Below, piece by piece: positions 57,185 to 64,000 of a stretch of 64,000 nt of DNA (position 1 is its first letter; the number at the start of each line of letters is the position of its first letter). This stretch comes from a bacterium (GTDB lineage: Bacteria > Patescibacteriota > UBA1384 > CAILIB01). The stretch is taken from assembly GCA_037131105.1 (NCBI GenBank), contig JBAXRQ010000001.1:194039-258038 (forward strand), in the 5' to 3' direction. The notes under the pieces are model-generated. The model was not told where the DNA came from. It ran no database searches and saw only the letters and a program-made list of their open reading frames with translations. A program made the position numbers and the translations under genes.

Positions 57185-58237
57185 ATGGGGAGGGAACTGG
57201 GCGATTCTCGGGGGGGGAGTTATGGGCATAGTTATCCACAGATAAAGTTTGGCGACATCGTTTCGCTGGAAAACCTGGTAAAGGCCTGGTACGAGTTCCG
57301 CAACGGCAAGCGGTCTAAGCGGGACGTCCAGGAGTTTGAGTTCACCCTTGAGGATAGCATATTTGAACTCGCTGAGGAACTAAAAAACGGCTCCTACAAG
57401 CCACAAAGGTATCACCAGTTCCGCATCAACGACCCCAAGCCGCGCCTCATCAGCAAGGCTGCCGTCCGGGATAGGCTAGTGCACCACGCCATCTATCGCA
57501 TCTTGTACCCCCACTTTGATACCAGCTTCATCTTCGACTCGTACTCATGCCGGGTGAACAAGGGTACCCACAAGGCCTTTGACCGTCTGCAGGATATGAT
57601 TGGGGTGGTAAGCCGGAATTACACGAAGCCCTGCTTCGCCCTGAAGATGGACATCCGCCGCTTCTTCGACAGCATCGACCACGGCATCCTGCTAGAACTA
57701 CTCAAGTACCGCATAGAAGATGAAAAAGTTATTAACTTGCTCCACGAAATCATCGAGAGCTTTGAGGTGAAGCCGGGCAAGGGCATGCCGATAGGCAACC
57801 TCACCTCTCAGCTCTTCGCCAACGTCTATATGGACCCGCTGGACAAGTTCGTGAAGCACAAGCTTAAGGCGAGGTACTACCTGCGCTATGCCGATGACTT
57901 CCTTATCCTGGCCAGTTCCGAGTCGGAGCTGATGGGATGCTTCGTTGAAATAAACGTGTTTCTTAAAGAAACATTAAAACTTGAGCTGCACCCGAACAAG
58001 ATCTCGTTACGGAAATTAAGCTGGGGAATCGACTTCGTCGGCTACGTCGCCCGCCCGCACTATTCCGTTCCCAGGAACGGCACCGCCAAGCGGATGCTGC
58101 GGAATATTGGCAAAGTCGCCGATCCGGAGAAGGTACCGGCCACGCTTGATTCCTATCTGGGATACTTAAGCCATGTCAGCGCCAGGAAAATCGAGGACGA
58201 GCTGCGGCAGAAGGCGGCAGATATTTTGGGGCACTAA
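57185..58237 (+). CDS. DGR reverse transcriptase
   Basis: RT motifs 1-7, including DIRRFFDSIDH, RYADDF, and the DGR-diagnostic IGNLTSQLFANVYM (SQ instead of the group-II SP); 350 aa. Confidence 0.85.
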   Translation: MGRELGDSRGGSYGHSYPQIKFGDIVSLENLVKAWYEFRNGKRSKRDVQEFEFTLEDSIFELAEELKNGSYKPQRYHQFRINDPKPRLISKAAVRDRLVHHAIYRILYPHFDTSFIFDSYSCRVNKGTHKAFDRLQDMIGVVSRNYTKPCFALKMDIRRFFDSIDHGILLELLKYRIEDEKVINLLHEIIESFEVKPGKGMPIGNLTSQLFANVYMDPLDKFVKHKLKARYYLRYADDFLILASSESELMGCFVEINVFLKETLKLELHPNKISLRKLSWGIDFVGYVARPHYSVPRNGTAKRMLRNIGKVADPEKVPATLDSYLGYLSHVSARKIEDELRQKAADILGH

Positions 58238-58477
58238 AGCAGTATCTCGTCTCCGTTCTCATTGAACACCTTCTCTGGGGCAGGCTCCCTGTGCATGGAA
58301 ACGGGAATCGGGGGAAACCTTTTGGGCGGCTACCCCGTCAGGTTAGGAGGCGAATTGAAGCACCACGGTCAGATGCAACCTATGGGACAAAATGGGGCTT
58401 TCAGGACTCCGGTCTGCAACCTTTCCACGCCCCCATTTTTGGCACGGAAATGAGGTATTTATCAGAGTAAAACAAAA

Positions 58478-58505
58478 AATCAGCCGAAGCTGATTCCTTG
58501 TCCTG
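58478..58505 (+). terminator. possible terminator after the RT gene
   Basis: aatcagc cgaa gctgatt followed by ccttgtcctgttttt. Confidence 0.35.
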
Positions 58506-58548
58506 TTTTTGGTGATAGCACCACGGTCAGGGTCCTAGATTCGAGTTT

Positions 58549-58625
58549 TGGTAGCGCCAGCGGGATTCGAACCCGCGATTTCCGGGATGAAAACCCGGCG
58601 TCCTAGGCCTCTAGACGATGGCGCC
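58549..58625 (-). tRNA. tRNA-Glu (anticodon TTC)
   Basis: Hand-folded: acceptor GGCGCCA/TGGCGCT, D-arm GTCTAGAGGCCTAGGAC, anticodon loop TTTTCAT, T-arm GCGGGTTCGAATCCCGC, CCA encoded. Confidence 0.8.
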
Positions 58626-58876
58626 CTACGACTCGCCCTACAATACAGAAAATAGACTGATCTGTACAGCGTCCGGGGGAGTCTCACGTCGCTCCGCTCC
58701 TCGGAACCCCACGGGTTCCGACGCTCACTTCGCTCGTTGCCTCCTTCCACGGGGAAACTCCCGTTTCTCACTGTCCGCCTTCGGCGGACAAGCAGGTATG
58801 CACATGGTAGAAGCAGTATCCCCCGGATACTGCTTATCCCTCCCCCTTCACTGTTCGATTCCCACCACTCTTCAGG

Positions 58877-58915
58877 CCAGAAAAATAGACACCCAGTGGG
58901 TGTCTATTTTTCTGG
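58877..58915. terminator. 18-bp perfect hairpin ccagaaaaatagacaccc agt gggtgtctatttttctgg abutting the tRNA-Lys 3' end
   Basis: Direct reading; right arm ends in the encoded CCA of tRNA-Lys. Confidence 0.6.
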
Positions 58916-58987
58916 TGGGTCCGGTGGGAATCGAACCCACAACCAATGGCTTAAGAGGCCACTGCTCTACCGTTGAGCTACAGACCC
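58913..58987 (-). tRNA. tRNA-Lys (anticodon CTT)
   Basis: Hand-folded: acceptor GGGTCTG/CGGACCC, D-arm GCTCAACGGTAGAGC, anticodon loop CTCTTAA, T-arm GTGGGTTCGATTCCCAC, CCA encoded. Confidence 0.8.
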
Positions 58988-59135
58988 TCGAGTGAGGAGA
59001 ATGGAAACGTGCTTGCACGGGGACATTCGACGAACGACACGGTCAGGACGAAGTACAGACCCTCGAGTGAGGCAAGCGCAGACCTGCTTGCAGGGATGCA
59101 TTTGCCGAGCGACTGGGTCAGCACGAGCAGCGTAG
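58977..59135. repeat. degenerate ~80-bp tandem duplication starting inside the tRNA-Lys 5' end
   Basis: tacagaccctcgagtgagg occurs at 58978 and 59057; the following ~55 nt are ~65% similar (tgcttgcaNggga core). Confidence 0.5.
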
Positions 59136-59338
59136 CTGCGAGTACGACCCATGAGAGAGTGGCAGAACGCATAATCTGCATCTCCATCACGCTTCTAACG
59201 GATTGAATATAGCAGATCTGGACGAGATGGTAAACCTTTTGTGGGTAGAAACGTGAACCCTCGGGTGCAAGCATTGCTTAATGACGGTACCATTTCAAAA
59301 GAGTATTCTAAGTTTTGTAATTACTAACCCCAGCCCCT

Positions 59339-59713
59339 ATGTTGAATGCATTCCCTGCCAGTGCCATTTTGGTCGCCCAAGATCTGGACCGCGCTATACA
59401 GTTTTACCAGGAATCCCTAGGACTTACTCTGTTCCCTGGACCGCAAGGCATTGCAATGTTTGAGGCTGGAGATGGCACTATGATTGTAATGTATGAGAAG
59501 GAAGGCGGCAGCAAGGCCACTCATACCGTGTTGGGATTTCGTGTGAAGGATCTAGATGGCCTACTTGCCGAACTGAAGGCAAAAGGTGTAACCCAAGACA
59601 TGCGGGATCTTCCAGAAGGGGCTGATGTGAACGGCATCGTCAGCTATGGCCCGGTGCGTAGTGCCTGGATTAACGACTCAGAAGGAAATATCATCGCATT
59701 GAACGAAATGTAA
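59339..59713 (+). CDS. VOC/glyoxalase family protein
   Basis: 124 aa; glyoxalase-like betaalphabetabetabeta modules. Confidence 0.55.
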   Translation: MLNAFPASAILVAQDLDRAIQFYQESLGLTLFPGPQGIAMFEAGDGTMIVMYEKEGGSKATHTVLGFRVKDLDGLLAELKAKGVTQDMRDLPEGADVNGIVSYGPVRSAWINDSEGNIIALNEM

Positions 59714-60117
59714 TGGGATTTGAGGAATATCAGCGCGAGGCTGAGCCACTATACGAGTATGAGGATGTAGTCGTCTTGTTAAAGCCGGGTGCGACTGAGC
59801 TACGATCCTGGCTCCAAGAGGTTTTGGCAGACCATCAGTTGGAGGTAGTGGATACCAAGGAAATTAGCTTTGACAAGGAGGCTATTCGCGCTTTTTATCC
59901 TCATGCCGAGCCACAGTACCTGCCAGGAATGGTTGAACATTTCTCCCGTGAGCCGGTAGTTGCCGTGCATGTGCGTGGTTTGGACGCTTTACGTGCCTGC
60001 AGTGAGATCAAGCAGGAAGTCAGGGCAATACTTGAGGTGAAGCCTCCTGCAGACGCCATACATGCATCAGATAGCATTGAAGAGGCTAAACGGGAGCTTG
60101 AAGTCACAGGGTTTTGA
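59713..60117 (+). CDS. nucleoside-diphosphate-kinase-like protein (divergent)
   Basis: VVLLKPG...PVVAVHVRG...IHASDSIEEAKRELE aligns with the NDK VMIKPDG...PVVAMVWEG...IHGSDSVESAEKEI pattern, including the catalytic His. Confidence 0.45.
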   Translation: MGFEEYQREAEPLYEYEDVVVLLKPGATELRSWLQEVLADHQLEVVDTKEISFDKEAIRAFYPHAEPQYLPGMVEHFSREPVVAVHVRGLDALRACSEIKQEVRAILEVKPPADAIHASDSIEEAKRELEVTGF

Positions 60118-60173
60118 CAATAAATACAGGATGGCCGGCGGTGGCCATCCTGTTAGTCAAAGCGCCGGAGCCG

Positions 60174-60806
60174 TTAGGCCTGCGCGGAAAGAGGGTTGTC
60201 GATTCCCAGTAGTTCACTTCGTGCTATAGTATTGGACTGCCTCCTGCAGCACTCCTGAATCAAGGGCCAGAAGGTCGTTCCTTCCATGCCGCTGTCCAGT
60301 GACTCACGGAGATACTCCAAGGCGAGGTGGTAGATCGGCTGCAGGCTGTCGCCTCCCGGGCAGTCCCACATAAAGTTGGTAATGGCCTCAAGCTGGTTGC
60401 CTAGTAGAAGCCTTCTCACGAACTGTGCCCCTGTAATGTCGTCTTCGTCCACCATCTCATTGACTAGAACTCCGGGTATGCCCCCTTTGAGGGCGGCCCC
60501 GTAGGCGAGCAGGCCGAGTGGCGGCACTGGCTGGAAATCAGTGGGAAGTCCCAGGGACTGGCCTTCTCGATTCAGGTAGCGCTGCATCTTTTGAAAGCGC
60601 CAGCCACCATCCCCGGAGGCGTTTTCGCTAAGGTACGAGGTGCCGACCATCAGCCAGTCTACTACGTCACTTTCAATGCGTCGGAGAGTGCTCTCCAGGC
60701 ATTCTGACGTCTGGACCTCGTGGCCGAGTTGCCGAAGCGTCTCCTCCGCCCACTGTACTCCCATGGAGTTACCTGAGCTCGTCCCATATGCAAGAAGTAT
60801 CCTCAT
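60174..60806 (-). CDS. hypothetical protein with flavodoxin-like N-terminus
   Basis: MRILLAYGTSSGNS... ; start trimmed. Confidence 0.3.
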   Translation of the reverse strand: MRILLAYGTSSGNSMGVQWAEETLRQLGHEVQTSECLESTLRRIESDVVDWLMVGTSYLSENASGDGGWRFQKMQRYLNREGQSLGLPTDFQPVPPLGLLAYGAALKGGIPGVLVNEMVDEDDITGAQFVRRLLLGNQLEAITNFMWDCPGGDSLQPIYHLALEYLRESLDSGMEGTTFWPLIQECCRRQSNTIARSELLGIDNPLSAQA

Positions 60807-60961
60807 CTGAGCCTCCTCTAAATCTCGTATTCTGTAAGACAGAATAATACGCTCCAGTACCATACATCTTTTTTCAGGCCATGAAAAGAGTGGGCATACT
60901 AAAACAAGGTAGAGGCCTTACCGGCTTCTACCTTGCTTTGATGTCCTACTAATCTACTTAC

Positions 60962-61267
60962 TCAGCCTTGTCCCCATTCCTTCAAAGCATTCCAGGGACG
61001 AGAGGCCATGATCCATAGGGGTGTTACCACCTGGGAGAACGCGGCGATCGCCTTTACGTAAAGCCAGGCCTTTTCTATTTCCCTTTCCTGCATGTTAACG
61101 GGACCTCCGTATATGGACAGCTTGTTCGCTACCAGCATGCAGACGCAGTAGGCCAATAGAACCAGGCCTGACATGATCCATATGGCGAATACCAGCTTAC
61201 ACGTCCCAAATATAAAACCTCTCACTATGCACTCTCTTTCCCCTTTCGGGAGTCGTAACTGATCCAT
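60962..61267 (-). CDS. small membrane protein
   Basis: ORF with 2 TM. Confidence 0.3.
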   Translation of the reverse strand: MDQLRLPKGERECIVRGFIFGTCKLVFAIWIMSGLVLLAYCVCMLVANKLSIYGGPVNMQEREIEKAWLYVKAIAAFSQVVTPLWIMASRPWNALKEWGQG

Positions 61268-61425
61268 GGTTATACCATGAATTGATCAAAAAGTCAAGGA
61301 TCTTGATCTGGTAGGGGAGGGTAATATGCCAGAAGGCCCGGATCGGATGATCCAGGCCTTCTGTGGTTGGCTAGACGTGAATATACTCATCACGCTTCGC
61401 GAGGAACTCGGATGAAGCAGTTCTC

Positions 61426-62358
61426 TCAGTTAAGCCAGTCCAGTCCACGTGGACCGAGAATGGCGCGCTCCAGATGCGAGAGCGACTCGTGGACGACGTC
61501 ACCCGAAATGGGGACTGCCATGCCGTTGGGGTCGAAGCCACCCTCCCGCTTACAGGGGAACATCAGGGGACTGCATCCTCTGCGTTCGAACATGGCGACG
61601 AACGGCCGGTTCAGGGCCCTGTCTCCACTCAGCTCGCCGTCGCGCAGCATCCAATTTCCGACAGGGGTTAAATCCAGGGCTGCGAACGAAAGCAGGGCAA
61701 GATCGCCGACCGGCCCGCAGGAGATGACCCCGGACCTGCCGTCGAGGGTGTCCCTGCCGATGTCGTGTAAGGCTATGTCGACTTCATATTTCTGAGGAAA
61801 GTCCGGGCGGACAATGCTCCAGATGTGATGAAGCTCCTCGTCAACTCGCTGCTGGTGATGGGCCAGCTTGTCCGGAAGCCGAACCCGCGCCCAGCCGTCA
61901 TCCTGGAAGACGAGGCATTCGCCGATTCCTTCCATGAGCTGCTCGAGTTCGAACTCCGTGGATGTGGCCATACCGCCGAACGGGGCTGCCACAAACTGCT
62001 CGGCGGGAGCGCCTGCATTGCGGATGGCAGCGACATGGACTATTCGGGTGTTGGGCTCTCCCACCCGGCCCAAAAGGCGCTGGTCCCACTTTTCACTGCC
62101 GAACATACGTAGCGCCGCCAGGGGAACCATCATGGAGATGGCGCCACCGATGTGGGTGTTGGTTTTGTAAACACCCGACGTCCTCTGGCTGATGCCGTTG
62201 AAATCGTAGTCGGTTACCCGTGATTCGACTGAACTGCTGGGCTTCGGACTGAACTGGGGCACATGGTCGAACGAGTTCAGGTGAATCGTTCCATCGTCTT
62301 CGACCGTGCCAGTCACCGTTGAAAGCACCCAGCCTGCAGGCTGTTTCGTATCGCTCAT
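61426..62358 (-). CDS. hypothetical protein (GC-rich)
   Basis: 310-aa ORF with clear third-position GC bias; no motif recognised. Confidence 0.35.
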   Translation of the reverse strand: MSDTKQPAGWVLSTVTGTVEDDGTIHLNSFDHVPQFSPKPSSSVESRVTDYDFNGISQRTSGVYKTNTHIGGAISMMVPLAALRMFGSEKWDQRLLGRVGEPNTRIVHVAAIRNAGAPAEQFVAAPFGGMATSTEFELEQLMEGIGECLVFQDDGWARVRLPDKLAHHQQRVDEELHHIWSIVRPDFPQKYEVDIALHDIGRDTLDGRSGVISCGPVGDLALLSFAALDLTPVGNWMLRDGELSGDRALNRPFVAMFERRGCSPLMFPCKREGGFDPNGMAVPISGDVVHESLSHLERAILGPRGLDWLN

Positions 62359-62528
62359 CGTCTCTACCTTCTTTCAATTGGGAATGTCCGTCCTTGGGCC
62401 GTATGGCTCAAGATCAGGCTTGCGACTGATCCAGCACGATACCATTACCAGGGTAAAGTGTCAAGGCTAGACAGGTGTGATGATGGAGGATCTCGATTCT
62501 TTTCTAATAAAGGTGCTACGATTATTAC

Positions 62529-63926
62529 ATGAGAAAGCTAGAGGAGAAATGCGCGGTATTTGGCGCTTACGGAGTGGATTTTGAGGCAGCCCGGCTGGCC
62601 TTTTTCGGTCTGTATACCTTGCAGCACCGGGGGCAGGAGGGATCCGGTATTGTGACGTCCGACGGCCACAGACTGCATGCCCACCGCCAGGCCGGTCTGG
62701 TAAACCAGGTCTACACTGAAGAGATCATCCACGGACTTCCCGGGCATATCGGTATCGGTCATAATCGTTACTCCACATCGAAGGGTAGCGACAGTGAGCA
62801 TCTGCAGCCGGTGATCGGCCGCGATAGATCTGTCGCCCTCGCCCATAATGGCAATCTACCTTCTACGGTGGCGCTGGAGAAATTCTTAAAGAAACATGGC
62901 ATTGCCACTCAGAACTGCAACGACTCAGAGCTGATGACCGAGGCCATCAAATATTACCTCACTCATGGAAAGAGCCTTCCCAATGCCGTTGCCGCGGCAT
63001 TTCCGCTGTTTACGGGGGCATTCTCACTAGTCATCATGACGACTGACACCCTGGTAGCGGTACGTGACAGCAAGGGGATCCGGCCGCTGTGTTTGGGTAA
63101 GCTGAACGGGGGATATATAGTGGCCTCAGAGACCTGCGCGTTGGATACGGTACATGCCACCTTCATCCGAGAGATCCTTCCCGGGGAAATGATCATTATC
63201 AACGAAAAGGGCCTGAAGAGCCGCACCTTGGCTGAGCCCGATCAGAAGCTCGACATCTTCGAGTTCATCTATTTCTCTCGTCCGGACAGCCATCTGCTTG
63301 GCAAGAGTGTGGACGCCGTACGCCGGGAAATGGGGGCGCAGCTGGCCCGGGAGACGAGCATCAAGGCTGACCTGGTGGTGCCGGTGCCTGACTCGGGAGT
63401 CTCGGCTGCCCAGGGCTTTTCCGAGACTTCAGGGATCCCGTATTACACCGCCATCGTCAAGAACCGCTACATCGGCAGGAGCTTTATCGCGCCGGAACAG
63501 CATATGCGGGATTGGATGGTGCGTATGAAGCTAAACCCGATCCGTGAGGCAGTTGAGGGCAAGCGGGTCATACTTATCGACGACTCCATCGTGAGGGGCA
63601 CCACCTCTCCGTCCATCGTTGGGCTGCTAAAGGAGGCGGGGGCTAAGGAGGTACATTTCCTGTCCAGCTCGCCGCCGTACCGATACCCCGATTTTTATGG
63701 GATGGATGTGCCGCACCAGGACAAGCTGATTGCCTTCGACAAGAGCAATGAGGAGATCAGGAGTTTTCTGGGAGCCGACTCGCTACATTATCTGACCTAT
63801 AAAGGGCTAATCAAGGCCACCTGCTTGCCTGAGAGTATGTTCTGTACCTCATGCTTTAGCGGGGTGTATCCTATCGACATTCTGGAGCGGGCCAAAGATG
63901 TGCGGGTGCCGAAGAAGTGGAAGTAA
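62529..63926 (+). CDS. purF: amidophosphoribosyltransferase
   Basis: N-terminal Ntn Cys (EKCAVFGAYG); PRTase motif VILIDDSIVRGTT; C-terminal Cys-rich segment. Confidence 0.85.
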   Translation: MRKLEEKCAVFGAYGVDFEAARLAFFGLYTLQHRGQEGSGIVTSDGHRLHAHRQAGLVNQVYTEEIIHGLPGHIGIGHNRYSTSKGSDSEHLQPVIGRDRSVALAHNGNLPSTVALEKFLKKHGIATQNCNDSELMTEAIKYYLTHGKSLPNAVAAAFPLFTGAFSLVIMTTDTLVAVRDSKGIRPLCLGKLNGGYIVASETCALDTVHATFIREILPGEMIIINEKGLKSRTLAEPDQKLDIFEFIYFSRPDSHLLGKSVDAVRREMGAQLARETSIKADLVVPVPDSGVSAAQGFSETSGIPYYTAIVKNRYIGRSFIAPEQHMRDWMVRMKLNPIREAVEGKRVILIDDSIVRGTTSPSIVGLLKEAGAKEVHFLSSSPPYRYPDFYGMDVPHQDKLIAFDKSNEEIRSFLGADSLHYLTYKGLIKATCLPESMFCTSCFSGVYPIDILERAKDVRVPKKWK

Positions 63927-64000
63927 TACGGTTGTAACTGAGATTACGGTGCGGAAGGGCGGAACAGGATACTATATGGATGAGTTCCATCATGAGGTAT

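Noticed and set aside
58262-58453. 63-aa ORF downstream of the RT
   Set aside because: No RBS, Gly-rich product. The region more likely holds a terminator or att-type repeats.

Overview
This 64-kb window looks like a small-genome bacterial chromosome of about 55% GC, dense with genes and carrying at least two accessory islands. The taxonomic affinity is only an inference: the mix of surface proteins, many hypotheticals and a diversity-generating retroelement (DGR) is typical of uncultivated Patescibacteria/CPR-like lineages.

**Core content**
- A Suf Fe-S cluster assembly operon (sufU, sufS, short sufD-like, sufB, sufC and an Nfu-like gene).
- A glycolytic set: pgi, eno, gpmI, gpmA, pyk.
- Housekeeping genes: pyrD, purF, queA, ruvB, nrdD/nrdG, pepF.
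- An LCP-family cell-wall gene, a PrsA-like foldase and a cell-envelope glycosylation cluster (GT39-like, GT2, GtrA, DUF3048).
- A large Lamin-tail-domain/Fn3 surface protein.
- Five tRNAs, all on the minus strand: Asp-GTC, Thr-CGT, Gly-CCC, Glu-TTC, Lys-CTT.

**Most notable finding**
A complete DGR lies at about 55.3-58.3 kb. It has a C-type-lectin/FGE-like target gene whose 3' variable repeat (VR, 56187-56311) and a downstream template repeat (TR, 56733-56857) differ at 17 positions, every one an adenine in the TR. It also carries an Avd-like accessory gene and a reverse transcriptase with the DGR-type IGxxxSQ motif. A degraded serine-recombinase gene sits upstream and tRNA-Glu and tRNA-Lys sit downstream, which suggests a decayed integrative element.

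**Second island**
An island of about 9 kb ends in a large serine recombinase whose stop overlaps the 3' end of tRNA-Asp. It carries an in-frame chimera of a Y-family polymerase N-terminus and an SOS-response-associated peptidase (SRAP/YedK/HMCES-like) C-terminus, zinc-ribbon membrane proteins including a trypsin-like protease, and phage-like small proteins.

**Other observations**
- A structured intergenic element of about 100 bp occurs in 2.5 copies.
- A GC-rich structured non-coding region of about 300 nt next to tRNA-Thr is a candidate tmRNA or RNase P RNA.
- Several extended palindromes and tRNA-flank repeats are present.

All calls rest on reading the sequence and motif recall without database searches. 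Coordinates of tRNAs and repeats were located by hand and may be off by a few bases.
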